The notes below the pieces were generated by a model that saw nothing but the letters and a program-made list of their open reading frames with translations, was not told the DNA's origin and made no database searches. 64,000 nucleotides of DNA. Origin: Podarcis vaucheri (Eukaryota). Below, in pieces: positions 36,501-50,500 of the stretch. The stretch lies in the NCBI GenBank assembly GCA_965113315.1, contig OZ220369.1. One strand, 5' to 3'. How positions within the stretch are numbered: position 1 is the stretch's first letter; each line of letters opens with the position of its first letter. A program made the translations under genes and the position numbers.

Positions 36501-39500
36501 AATCGTGCAGGTCTGCCTGAGGCAGCTGATAAAACTGGCTGCCTGAATGTGTGACATCGTGCTTCCCCCAAGTTTTCTCTTGCACAGCCTGTGAAGAAGG
36601 CATCCCCCTCCCTATCTGGTGCCATTTTAGTTTCTTGGAGAGGCAGCAGCACTCGCAAGCAGCAGTGGGCAGCTTTACCTTAAAGGAGCACTTGTAGATG
36701 TAGACATCCAGCCCCCCCTCAACCCGCTTGGGCTTGCTGAAAAGGATCAGGTCTTCAAAGAGAAAGACATGGCGCTGGCACTTCCTGCGGCCCAGACAGA
36801 CGCTGAACTCATCCTGGCGCACCAGCTGCCCCTGCTCCTTGAGGTTCACCTGGGCACAGAAACCATTCATTCATTTGCAAAAAGGTCTGGACTGGCAACA
36901 TTCTGCGGGGTGGGGAATGATGTCAGTTGTACATGGGAGTAGAGGACTGCGGGCCACGGGGACAAGCAGCAGGTGCCCTGTCGCCAAGGGCAGCCTGACA
37001 AGCCTCTGATGCCAGAGTCCCTCTGGCTCCATCCCAGAGCAGTCGGTTTCTAGCCTGCCTTGCACTCCAGGATGTGAGGCTGCTGCACCGAGATCCCTTT
37101 TCATGGGATCAAGGAGATGCAGAGGCAGCCAGGAGCTCAGCTGGTGCTGTTCCTGGAAGGAATCCCCTCCCCTCCCCTGCCCCTCCTCCTCCCAGCCCAC
37201 TCACATCACAGTCCCGGATGGCATCCATGGCCAGGAGGTCGTTGCCGTGACGCAGCTGGAAGCGCACCATCTCCTCGGCGGCTTGCAGGTAGGCCAGCTC
37301 CTGCTCCTGAGCCTCCCCACACTCCTTGATCAGGTCCTTCAGGAGGAGGGCGTACTTGCTCATGCGCTGGATGGGCTTCAGCAGGTAGGAGGCCAGGTCC
37401 ATCTTGTCCCCCAGCTGCATCTGCTTGAGCTGGAGGCCAGAGCGGGAGAGCGGAGCTGAGTGGCTGGAGCCAGAGAAAGACTCTAGTCCAACGCCTGGAA
37501 GGGGTTGCTGGGAGGGGGCAGGACTTACCCTGAAAAAAGAGTTCCCACGGCTGGCCAGGAGCGAGTCAGACTTGGGCTTGTTTTTGCTGTAGAGAGCATA
37601 CATCCCAAACTGATCTTTCTGCAAAAAGGGTTAGAAGCACACAGGCCCCCCACAAAGGGAGGCCACAGACTCTGTCAAGGGATTGGCCACAAGCACACAG
37701 GCACAAAATACAGAGCTTGGGCCTCAAGGAGAGTAGAGCGCTGCCACTACAAAAGCCTGCAGACCTTCATGCTTCCAAAGGTAATGGCAGGCCCAGGCTA
37801 GGCCATGTCCAGAGAAGATAGTGGAGGCCCCATCCTGGAGGCCTTCAGCTTGTGCTCCTGCTGACTCTCCTTTATCCTGTTCCCCTTTGCAAAATCTTCT
37901 CAGCAGGCCTTGTTCGTCTGCCTGACCACCTCTCCCTCCCGCTCCTGCAATGGTCCTTGGGCCTAGAGCCAGAAACACTGGTGTTGTGGACGGGCATTTC
38001 AAGGGCATTTCCCCTCGGGAGCCCTAATCCTTACCCTGAGGCCTGCCTGCCCACCTACCAAAGTTCCCTGCAACCAGCCCCTCCCCAGCCCTGCCCGAGT
38101 TTCTCCAGGCCCCTTACATGTCTCAGGAAGCAGTGGCTGACCCGCAGCGGGTGGTTACAGCAGTTCTCCAGTTCCCGCAGGAAGTACTGGCTATGGAAGT
38201 CATAGAGCTTCTCCAGGTTCCCAAAAATGACACTCCGCTTCCCCCGCAGGTCTTGGGGCAGGTCCAGCCGCTCCATCTCAGGGAAGTAGCTCTCAATGAT
38301 GTAGCGCAAGGACCGGACGTACTCCTGCTCAGTCATCACCATCTCCTCAATGATGTGCCGCAGTTTGCTGCAAGAGAAGAAGCCAGGAGCAAAATTGGAG
38401 GATGGTGAGAAGAGGCCTTGATTCTTCAAGGTCTGTGGGGCCAGAGGGAGAGCCTACCAGCTTGCTTGGAAAAACAAGCTCTTCCCCAACAGCTGCAGAT
38501 AAAAACACAACCCTGAAGCATTTTTAATCTGCAACTGCCCAAAAAGACGTCTCTCCAACCTCACCAGTTTCTTCTTGCCTTTTTGAACAGTGCTCCATGC
38601 TTAAGCTGCCAACTGTTCTGCCAGCTGACTCCCCCTGCTGGTCCATTCTCCCTCTCCAAAATTAAATAACAGGGAACATCTACACTACAAACATATGCTG
38701 GTGCTACTCCACTTTAACTGTCCAGCTGTAGATTGTTGACAAGCTGAGAACACCCACCTCCCTGAATGAGGAGTCCCAAAGGGACTGGCTGTTAAGCAGG
38801 CTTCTGACTGGATCTGCCCACAGCCCCACTTGGATGGCTGTTAGCAGGTGATACTCCGACCTCATCCATACCTACCTGCCCAAGCTCTTTGCCTCTGGTA
38901 TGGAGAGGCTGCTCCTCTGCTCCGCTTGCAAGCCGCCAGGTGCCCAATTGGTTGGGCCGAGGTGTTGCCGGGCCACATGCTCAGTACTGCTCACTTCCAG
39001 CCCCTTGATGAAGACGCCGGTGTTGCCATAACGGGCTGGCTCACTCAGAGTCCGCTGGCAGCCAGAGTGCAGTCCCTCTGTGCAGGGCAGGTCAAAACTC
39101 TGGGCCTTCCTCAGGGGCCTTTTGGGGAATGGCTGCTGGCTAGAGGCTGGGGTGGAGGGGCGGGAGGGTCCAGCCTCCAGGACTTCCACAATGCTCTCCA
39201 GGGTGACCTTCTCCTTCTTAGAAGCCTCTGGAATGACCTGGCTTGGGAACACAACCTGCTCCCCAGTCCACCCAGGGAGACGGAAGGGGAGTGGCCCCTC
39301 CAAAGGCGGCCTGCCCTCCTGGCTGAGCTCTCCCTCAGGCGATGGCTTCAAGTCAGGAGGGCACAGAGAACTCTTGGTCCTCAGGGCAGCTTCCAGCTTC
39401 ATCTCAAAGCCCAGCATGGTCTCCTGGCACTTGGACCAGGCTAGCTGCCATTGCTTCAGGGCACGGCTGCTCTTCAGCTGGCATGCCAGCTCCTTCATCT

Positions 39501-42500
39501 CCTGGAATCTGGCACTACTGATTTCTGGGTGCTGTCTCTTGTAGCTCTCCAGGCTCCTGAGAGCCAAAGCACAATCCTCAAGGGAGCTGCCCTCCTCTGT
39601 GCTGATGCTGGAAAGGTGGCGCATGCCCTCCAATGCCCATTCGTAGGCCTGTAGGGGTGGGACAAGGAAAGAGCGATCAGTGGAGGGAGGGAGGGTGGGG
39701 TCCACAGCTAGGCCACAACAAGAGGCTCTCTATCTGAGGCTAGGCCCTGTTCACCATGTCACCAGCCTGACTGACTGCCAGGCACGGCTGCCAGGCTGCG
39801 ATGGAGGCAGCAGCAGCTTGGCTTGCTCAGGCCCTCCCCAGGAAAGGCGGCACTTGGAACTGTCTAGGGAAGGCGTCTTCTCCTTTGTCCACAGTCTGAA
39901 AACCACATCAAGCTTTTCCATGTGCCTTCCTCTGCCCTCCACCCTACCTTTTATCTCCTGCTCCATTTTCATCTTTTTCTCTAGAATCTTGTGTGTGCAA
40001 ACGTGTGTCAAGTATCACACGGACTGCTAGGACTGGGGCACTGGCTGACTCTACAGATAGCAAAGACACAAGACTGGAAAAGGCCCCCAAGCAGAGTGCA
40101 GGGGGTGCACTGGCCTGCTGCCTGTTGTGGGAAGGTCAATGTGGCAGGATCAGTCCCGACATGCCCCACACCCACCAATACTCTGCCCAACAATAGATTT
40201 GTGGGGAGTTGTTCCAGAGAGGTATCCCCCTCTCCTACCACCACCACCAAGAAAGCAGTATGTGTTGGTTGGTGTGTGTAGTCAGAGGATGCCACCAGAG
40301 GGCGCCTTGTGTGTGTGGAATCCTCCCAGGGGTCAGCAACCTTTTTCAGCCCTGGACTCCACCGTCCCTCAGACCATGTGGTGGGCTGGACTATATTTTT
40401 TTTTGGGGGGGGATGAATGGATTCCTATGCCCCACAAATAACCCAGAGATGCATTTTAAATAAAAGCACACATTCTACTCATGTAAAAACACCAGGCAAA
40501 CCCCACAAATAACCCAGAGATGCATTTTAAATAAAAGGACATATTCTACTCATGTAAAAACACGCTGATTCCCGGACTGTCCGCAGGCCGGATTTAGAAG
40601 GCAATTGGGCCGCATTCGGCCCACGGGCCTTAGGTTGCCTACCCATGCCTCATCCCCAAACTGAAAACAACTGTCCCCAGAGGGAATGTGGAGAGCTCTG
40701 GCAGATATGGAGTAGGGCTAAGCCAAAAGAGGGATGCAGCCTTAAGGAATAGCACAAGTGGGCAAGCTGTGAATGCAGAACATGACCCCCTGCACGCCGC
40801 AATTCAGACATAACTGCATTGGAACAAAGATCGCTAATGCAACCAACTCCAAAGCGAGAGCTAGTGCAGAACATTGCCTCACATCCCAATAAAAGTGACT
40901 GCCTTTTGCCAATTTCCAAGAAAGGCTTTTGAGGGGCTCATGGTGGTGAGAAATGCAGTAGCCTATGGCTGTTTCTTCTGCTTCAGTGCGGCCTCTCCCA
41001 CGTCCGTTCAGATGATTGGCTTCGTTGTTCCTCACCCCCTCTCCCAGGTCAGGCCTGGTTGGTTCTAGTCTGGACCAGATTCTGAATAAATGTAAGCAGG
41101 CCAAAGCCTGTCAGAAACAAAGTAAGGAGTGCTGAGCAGGGCTTAGGTCCCCATGAATGCCATCTTGGTTGCCAGACTGTAGTGGGTATTTTGGGCAGAT
41201 GGGAGTGCATTCTGTAGCATGTGTGGAGAGTCCACATATTATTCCACTTTATTAATTGTTCTGTAACGCTTTCCCAAAGGGACACGGGTGGCGTTGTGGG
41301 TTACACCACAGAGCCTAGGACTTGCCAATCAGAAGGTCAGCGGTTCGGATCCCCGCAACGGGGTGAGCTCCTGTTGTTTGGTCCCTGCTCCTGCCAACCT
41401 AGCAGTTCAAAAGCACGTCAAAGTGCAAGTAGATAAATAGGTACCACTCCGGTGGGAAGGTAAACGGCATTTCTGTGCACTGCTCTGGTTCACCAGAAGC
41501 GGCTTAGTCATGCTGGCCACATGTCCCGGAAGCTGTACGCCGGCTCCCTCGGCCAATAAAGCGAGATGAGTGCCGCAACCCCAGAGTCAGTCACGACTGG
41601 ACCTAATGGTCAGGGGTCCCTTTACCTTTACCTTTAACGATTTCCCAAGTGTTGCTTTGGTATTGTTGTTTAGAGGGCAGCACTGCAAAAGTAGATCAGG
41701 AATGTCCCCACCCAGAACAGTTGTGCCACAAAATTTCCACAGGAAGCTACAGGGCGTACTGAGCAGTCTGCCCAGCTCAAAACGTTTGTAGGAGCAAACA
41801 CCACTGAAAGTGTGCCCCCACCCTGAACACAATACAGCCCATAAATGTAGAGTTTAAAGGACACAGGGCGGGGGGGTCCATAATCTCCCAGCCAATGGCT
41901 GGCCTTTACAGCCTGAGCCAGCATCCCACACAAAAGACTAATAAAACAGAGCCTACAAGAGAAAGTGTCTTCATGAAAGAACTTTGCATATCCTTGGTAT
42001 GTCCAGTCCTGTGCTCACAATACTGGTCCCACTGCAGACATGCAGAGAACTCCAAGGCCAGCCCCCAAGGGGGGGGGGTTGTGGGCTGAAAAGAAGAGCA
42101 GATGCCAAGAGTCTGATGCCTGCCACTTTGAACAGAGCAGGCTGAGCAAGGGATGTGTTCAGGCTCCCTCATTAGACATGCATTTCCAGCTGGGCCTGGA
42201 AAATCATCTGCAAGCCCAGGCTGCATCGGCAACTCTGATGCTCCCCGTCTCTAGTTTCCGTGGCACAAAAGAGATAAGAATCACAGAGTTGTAAGGGATC
42301 TTGAGGGTCATCAAATCCAACCCACTGCAATGCAGTAATCACAGCTAAATAATTCCTGACAGATGGCCACCCAACCTCTGTTAAAAAAGCTCCAGTGAAG
42401 GAGAGTCGACTACCTTCCAAGGCAGCCTGTTTCTCTGTTGGACAGCTCTTACTGTTAGACCATTTTTCCTAATGTTTAGTTGGAAGGAGGAGGAGGAGGA

Positions 42501-45500
42501 AGGTGAAGAGGATGTGAGGCCAGCAGCCCTTAGAGTATCAGTTTAACACAGAAGCAGGATCAACAAGTCAGCACAGGGACAGTCTAAGAAGTTTTGTGGT
42601 CCCCATCCTCTCCTTTTACTCATGCAGATACACCAGCATACAGTGCAAACAGAGTTCCACACTGATACATCCCCAAAAGGCCTCCTTATATTTTTACTTA
42701 TTAAGACAATGCTTGGCTAGGAAACATTTTTAATATCTATATACTTGGTGCAAAAGAAAGCGCAGATAGCCTGCCCTGAGCCTTTAATGTTGAGACCTCC
42801 AGAAGTTGTTGGGCTGCAGCCCCCACCCTCATCTCTGATCAACATCTGGAGGATCACAAGTTCCCCACCCCTATTTTCATGGGAGAGCATTTTCTATCAG
42901 TCAAAGTTGGGGTGATTGTTCCTGTGTGCCAGCTGCTCCTCCCTCTTTGCCTTCCCTCATCACAGATGAGAAATTGACCAGCCAAGAAAAAAGGCAAGAG
43001 TTGGGGGGGGAGTGGGGGGAGGCCTTCCCGCATCCTGGGTGAACCCTACACTCCCCCAAAGACAACAAGTACCTCTGCTTCCTATTTGCGTTAACTTTGT
43101 ATGGGAGGCTGCATCTCCTTTCTTTTCTTCTCCCTGCTACTGACACCCCCAAGCAGCTAAGAGAGAAAAACAGTATCCCCTCAGAAATGAACCCCCTGCA
43201 AGACAAAGGAAAGAAGCTCCAGCATACCTTCATCCTTCTGCCCAGAGCCTCTGTAGCACAGGGTGAACCACAAAAGGGTAAAGCCCAATGGAAGTCCTGC
43301 TCTTGTCTCCTCTGCAGCCAAAGCCAAACCCAGTCCCAAAAGTAACCAATGAGGGGGCTCCAGTCAAAGAGCCAGCCTATTCACAGGCAAATGCTGAAGT
43401 GCCAGATGGAAGAAGGGGGCAGGTGGGGGTGCTGGAGAGAAGGGTTGGAGTCAGCACAAGAGTGGGGGGAGGAGGAGAGGCTCCAGGGCCTGTGAGGGAC
43501 AGCACTCCATTACTGCTCCCAAGCAAAAAAGCTCTTACAGAGACAGGCACCAAAACAACCCAAACACCCCCACCCCACCTCCGCTCAGGGGTGCCTGGTG
43601 CTCTTTTGTCCTTGCTTATAGGAGATACACAGTCTCCCATTCTTTTCAGGAAATTAGAATAACCTACCCCCAACCTGAGGCATTTGAACTACTTGCTGGC
43701 CAGTGATGGCTTGTACAGGTGAATGAGTCGCCACAGATCAAACTTTACTGGCAGGACTCAAATGCCATCACTTTCAACAAAGGCAGTTAGTTCACACATT
43801 CAGCCAAGAGGAATCAAGCCTCCGTGAGTGACACATGCGTTTCCATGACTGGAATTAGGAACTATGGAATGTAACCTGTGATTCTTTGGCAAAGAATGTT
43901 GCTTTTTCTTTTTTAAGTATAGAAAGTAAGACTGTTTTCTGAGAAGCCTCAACGCCCCCCAGCCACTTGCCAAGACACAGAATATGACCCCTTGTCCCAA
44001 ATCTCTCTTGAAGCAGGGAAGGGGTGTCAGCTGCCTGACTTTTTGTTGAACCTGTTGGAAGTGCTGGGATGCAACTCAGCTTGTATTAAGGCCAGTAAGA
44101 TGGCATGGGTATGGGCTCATCCACACTTCTGCTTGTCCTGTGTCTCAAAAGCCCAAGTGATTTTCTGATTGTCTCCGGCTTTCTAGGCAAAGGCCAAGCG
44201 GTTTTGCCTTTGTCCTGCCTCATTCCCCCGGAAAACCCACTCTTTCACACAAAATTGGAACAAACAACAATGTGCAGAAAACCCAATTGCCCTTTGTTCT
44301 GATTCAGTGCTAAACCACAAGTTTTTGCAGGGGAAAGTGGAAGGGCAAAGGAAGTGTGAATGAGCCCTTAGGAAAGAGTTCCCAATTCTAGCTAGCAAGC
44401 ATGCATTTCCTATAATAAACATAGCTCTCTTATTTTCACACTCAAAGTCTCACTGTGATTGCTTTCAGGCTAAAAAGCATCCAAACAAGGATCCATTACT
44501 AAGCTCAACTTTTGCTGTGGCATATAAATGCATGGCAGTGAATCTGAACAGAAGTTACATTAGGGGACATCTGTCTCCCTCTACAGAACTCACCTGGTCA
44601 AAGAATTCATACAGCTTGATGGTCTGGCCTATCCGGCTCCTGCTGGCCTCCAGCTGGCTGCAGAACCTCAGGAACTGGGTTCTGTACATCTGCAACTTGA
44701 CACAACACCCTGCGTGCAGCTCAGCAGAGGAAGCATCTTCCCACTTGTCCATCTCTCTCAGAGATTCCCAACCCCTTCGGCAATATTCCTGGAAACAAAG
44801 CCCAACAGCAAATCATTGCATCGCCTCTGGCGGATACATGCAGCTTCTCCTGGTGTTGCAAAGATCCTGAAGGCTGATTAAGCTGACTATTCCAATGTGG
44901 TCCTGGGACCTTTCTTGGCATGAGGACCAGCCCTGGTCATATAGGCCTGCCTGGTGGAATCATCATGACTCACCAACCTCTGGAAAGGCTGTAAAATGTG
45001 GCCAAAGGCCAGGTGGGTTGAGCTGAGGGGGTCTCAACATGGGGCAGAGATGCATGAAAGTGGCCTTTCCAGACTACAACTCCCAACAGCCCTAGATGTC
45101 CAAGATCAGGGATGATGGAAGTTGTAGTCCTGAAGATCAGGGGAGCACTATGGGCCCTTTGCCTAGCAATGTGCATGTGTGTGGAGGATTGGGGGTACAT
45201 GACAAAGAAAAATAAGAGGCAGCCAGTGTATACGCCACAGCACTGCAGGCAAGAAATGTTCCTGCCAAAATCCATCTCATCTTTCCTCCTCACAAGAAGC
45301 TAAGCCACCCAGGCATAGGGCTTGCAAATGCAGGGGAAACCTCCATTCCTGAATAGAGACGAGAGCTGTCCCCAATACATTTTTCACTGCCTCGCTTGCT
45401 CTGTTCTCCTAGTGCTGGCTTGCCTGCCCCACAGCTCCATGTTCTGCTGCACTTCAGCCCCAGTTCCTAGTATCCCCGCTAGGGGGAAGTCTTTTGAAGG

Positions 45501-47529
45501 TTTCAATCCCTCCTTAACGTACTTCTCATTTCCCTTTCAGAAGACTATTTGCAAGTATACGATAGCTGGTTTTTTTCTTGCTCTCAGGGGTTAATGTTGG
45601 AGAGACAAGTTACTAAGGGTGTAAGGTAAAAAGGTAAAGGACCCCTGGATGGTTAAGTCCAGTCAAAGGCGACTAAGGGTGTAACTGGCCTGCTCTAACA
45701 GTAGGTGGTGATGTAACCTCTCTTGTCACTTGGCTAGAGTGCATAGTTTCCTCTATATTGTTCAAACATCCTCTTTAACGTCTTATTACGGTTTCTTCTG
45801 CTGAATCTAGCTGTGCAGCATTGCTTACCATTGCTTGCACAGCTGCTTACTCTTACTGTATTTTTTTCTCAGTTCTACTAGAAGTTAGAATGTTTGTCAA
45901 AATTTCATGACATGACAACAGCCCTTTTAACTGCTGCCAAGAGTCTTCAGTGCCATCGCAAGCAAAATCTCTGAGCACATTGCAATACAGACTGGAATAA
46001 GGGAGGGGGAATAGTGTCCTGCAACTTCCACTCCAACAATGTTGCAAGGAAAAAAAGATGAGTTCTGAGCAGCAACGGAGAAGAAATTTGATTCAGTTGA
46101 CATTTAAAGCCAAATCAATCATATTTGCAGTTTCCAAAATGTTATGAGAACTGAAACACAGAACAATCCTTTGAAATTCATGCTTATCCAAATTTTGTGC
46201 TGTTGTTCTCCAATCAAAGTTTACATATATGCATATATGAGGAGAAAGGGCACATAAACATGACTATATTAGTAAAAAAATAACATACAAAAGGGCATTA
46301 TCTTAAAAGAAATCACTCACAAAAATGTGTGCATTAGTCTAAACTGCATTTAATAATGTATTTATTAGGATATATTTGCACTAAATGCTGAAGAATGTCC
46401 ATTAATATTTTTTTTAATGCAAACTGCTGCAGAAATGTGGAGAACTGAATCTGAGATTGGAAAAATGAGAAAGTAAGGGCCTGTTTGCCCTGCGGTTTCT
46501 TACAATTTGCATCAAATCAGTAACACTTGTCCAAAAGCTTTTCATTTATATTCCCAATGTAGAAATGCAAAACAAAACAAAACCCCAAAATAAGCCATGC
46601 TTTTTATTGTTGTGTTAGAACAAAAGAAAAACCCCTTTAAGACCAAATAGAAATTTGTTCCCCTTCTGATCCAATCCTTTTTTGGGCACCTGAACAGAAA
46701 ACCACTCATTTTCCCTTGTGGCACATTGTGCGAGTGTTCCTCTTTCACCGATGCCTCCTTGAAATAGCATGGAGGAAGATGTGGCATGGGAACCCAGAAT
46801 CCCGCACAAAACTTGTGGCAGTACTAATCTGCACTGCGACAAGCAGAAGAACATGGAACCAATGGATGTGCAGATAAACCCCAAGAGAGATAAAGTGGAC
46901 AGATCTTTCCATCACTGATTCCAAGGTATGTATGTGCACATATGCATACAAAAATCAGGAGACTCCCAGTCTCCAGTGAGGACCTACTGCAGTTGCCCAG
47001 GCAGAGTCCTGCCTGCAGATCCTAAAGTTCACCAAGGCACAACCAATGTACAATGAAAGTTTTCTTTGAGCCAAGGTTCTTTAGGGCTTAGCCCCAGAAC
47101 CTCTTTTCATGTCATTGCTCAGCCTTGGAATATGATAGATTAATGAAAAAGTGTTTGCCTCTAAACAAAGCAGCCAGCCTGTGGATTTGTGCGGAGAGTG
47201 TCGGGAGAGGACTTACACTTGCAACGAGCTCAAAGTCCTGGAACTGCCTCTGTGCTTTAAGCAAGACCTCCAAAGAACCATCCAGCTCACTCAGCTCCGT
47301 GAGCCGTGTTTGACCAACATTCTCCATCCATCTGCTGACCTACAAGAGGCAAAAAGGTAGATCAAGGCCAAGAAGAAGCCTCTCCGCCTTCAGAGAGCAA
47401 AACCACACACTCCTGTTCCTGGAAAGAATGGGAGTCACCCCGCCCTTTGGTCTACTAGGGAATGAGTGGTGCCTCCTCCACCTCCCACTTAAGGGAATCT
47501 CCTCTCCTCTCAATCATTTAGCCTTCTAG

Positions 47530-47576
<47 letters not shown>

Positions 47577-50500
47577 ACTCTGCCATGTGATTCTATGCTA
47601 CTTTCAGATTTTGATCTCTTTCCGTGTTGTTTATTTTTATCCTGTTTTGTGTTGTAAGCTGCCTTGAGAACTTGGCTACTTAAAAATACTTAGAATGAAT
47701 AAATCCATATGCTTGTAATGACAGAGGGCGGGTTCTGGAGCTCTTTGTTCAAAACTTTGAGTATGAGGTCTCTTGACTCCAGAGATTGGGACGGTGCAAT
47801 TGTGGCACTTCACATTGCTCCTAGAGTTCCTAGATGCTGCTGCTCATGCTGCTAGCACAGTCCTTATATCATGGATGTTTTTAGGAACCTTACCTGCCAA
47901 GCCCAGGGAAAGGCCCTGTCCCACTGCTCTTCCAATAACAGAAAACATGAGTCCAAACTGGATGCAGGATGCACATCTATCTACTGACCTCTAAAATGCA
48001 AGCCTTTTTAACAAGTGGTGTTAACCTGCTCCAGTGATGGATCACAGCCAATCAACCTCAACCCCAGGCTACAAGACTGAGTGGCCAAAGGAGGTGAAAG
48101 AAACTCCCATTGGCCCAAGGCCTGCTAATCACCACTATTTCAGCCCCGTCAAGATTTAATTTCAGCCATCCCAGGTTCTGTTTAGTGGACGTTCTGCTTC
48201 ACTGTCAACACCAACCCCTGAGCCCGACTGTGCATAGTTTTTGGCCAGCACAGCAGTTAAAAGGATTGGGTTGTAAATCCATTTGAGCTGCCAGAAAAAT
48301 GTCAACAAACCTCCCGGAAGCTTTCTTCAAAGGCTCCAAAGTCTATCACCAACTCCAGGGCCTGGATGCGCTTGTTTGACATCATCACCAGCTGATGGAT
48401 GCCCTCGTCCACTCCATTGTAAAGCGCAACAGCTGCCTCCAGCGCATCTCTGAAAGGGAAGCATGGCCCAGGTATCATCAGCTGGAGTTCCAGTTTCTTA
48501 CAACCTGCTACTGTGGGTACTGCTTAAATCCCTGAGATGCTGTGACTCAAACAAAGGCCCAAGATTCCAGGACATTGGAGGGTGATGGGGTGACAGAGGA
48601 GGGCACCAGCTCATTGCACAGCCATGTGGCAGGGCAGAGAACAGATGCCAATGTCCCACTGCCCTCCAAGAGCTTCACTTCCCTTCTGATCAGGATGCAG
48701 CAAGCAGCTGCTGGTGTCCTCTCTTCTGGTTGGATTTGTGGGAGTGGGAAAGGAAGCTCTCCTTGTGAATGGCTGCATGGCTTGCCAGGCTGCCTCAAAG
48801 TTCATTTCACACCCAGCAGCATCTCAGTCTGCTCTGGAAACATCTAAATATCTGAGAACTACTGTAGGTGGAGAAGGTAGTGTGGACACTTTTTTGATTG
48901 CACTGCCACAACTGCTACCACCCCCACCACCCATTACTCCTGCTGACAAGATGACTGGCAAGCTTGCACAGAGACCTTTCCTGGTCCAGAAGCTCATCCA
49001 ATCAATGAATTCATCTTCCCTTTTCACCCCAATCTGGGGCAAACACAGCCAACGGCTGCCTGTTCTGCTCTGTGCTGTGCAGGAGGCAGCAGTCACAGCC
49101 AGCCGAAAGGGGCCTTCCCTAGGCTGTGCCCAAAGCCTTGAAGAAGGATCTGGTAAGCGGAGCAGTGGGGCAAAAAGTTTAGGATGGCAGAGCGCCAGTA
49201 TGCCTTGCCGCCTGTGCTGAGCTCAGTAAAGGAGGTTACCCCACACATACTTTCCAGATCAAATCACCAGATTCAAGCAGGCCTACAACAAAAAGGAGAC
49301 GCTTGAAGTGGGTTTAGAGCCTCCCCCTCCCCACCGGAATCTGTTTTCCTTGGCCAATGTTACTTTGTAGGGGGGTGGGGGGAAGGTTCCAACAGCAAGT
49401 GCCAACAAATGTCTTGTGTGATTCCAGGGTAATTTTAGACTCCTGTGTCTGAAAGTTGCTTTTGGCAGGACTCCTTTTTGGAGATTTCCTTACCAGGCTG
49501 AAGGCTCTTTCTCTCATTGAAGGGCTGATGGGGGTGCTTGAGAAATAAGGAAACTGAACTCACTCAATTTCAAAAGGAAAATGCAGGCACTCTTAGCGGA
49601 AAGAGGAACAGTCTTCAAAGACAGCGTCTCAAATACGGGCCAGCAGGGGGCAAGCCCTTTGTCTTATCACCACTATCCCTGGCAGGGAGAGCTCTCTGCC
49701 GCATGGAAGCTAGTCTTCAGAGTCTTCTGAGCCCACCCACAGTGCCTGAGCATGGCCACAGGCCCTTACAAGGCAAGCCACAGACTGGAAGGAGACCTTC
49801 CCAGGCTGAACCAGGTCAGAGCCAAGCAACAGGCAGAGCCAGGCCATGACTCTTGCAATAGCATCAGAGGGAACTGGCAGCCTTAGGACAGCCCAGGTGG
49901 GAGTGCAGGCATACAAAGTGGGGGTGATCCAAGTGTTGGCAGAATGGCCTGGAACTCTCTTGAGGGCAGCAGAGTTGTTGCTGCACAGCTTGTTACTTGT
50001 CAGCTAAGTGGGGCTTCATCAGCTCTCTTGGGGTCTGAGCTGAAGGTGACTAACCAGGAGATTCCTGCATTGCAGGGGGTTGGGCTAGATGACCCCCAGG
50101 GTTCCTTTCAACTCTACAATTAAATGATTCTAAAACAAAGGCTGTTTTAAGGAGGAAGGGCAGGATATAAATTCAATAAATAAATTCAATAAATAAGGCT
50201 GCAGTGGATAGCTCGATTAAGATGTCAACCCAGTGTGCGGCCGACAGCGTGAAAAAGGGCTAATTCTATGTTAGGGATCATTATTAGGAAAGAGATTAGA
50301 ACTAAAACTGCCAGCATAATAATGCCCCATTATGCAATCCTATGGTGCAACAACACCAGGAAGACTGTGTACATTTCTACTCACCTCACCCCAAAAAGGA
50401 TATTATAGGGTGTGAAAAGGTTCAAAATGATCAAGAGAGCGGAGCAACTCCCTTATGAGGAAAGGTTACAGCCTTTGGCTTCTGGTTCACTTCCAGGCAT

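Noticed and set aside
38848-39544. Long plus-strand ORFs (198 aa, 154 aa)
   Set aside because: Antisense shadows of the large PLEKHG4 exon.
41278-41365. tRNA-like sequence
   Set aside because: It is the head of a Sauria SINE, not a tRNA gene.
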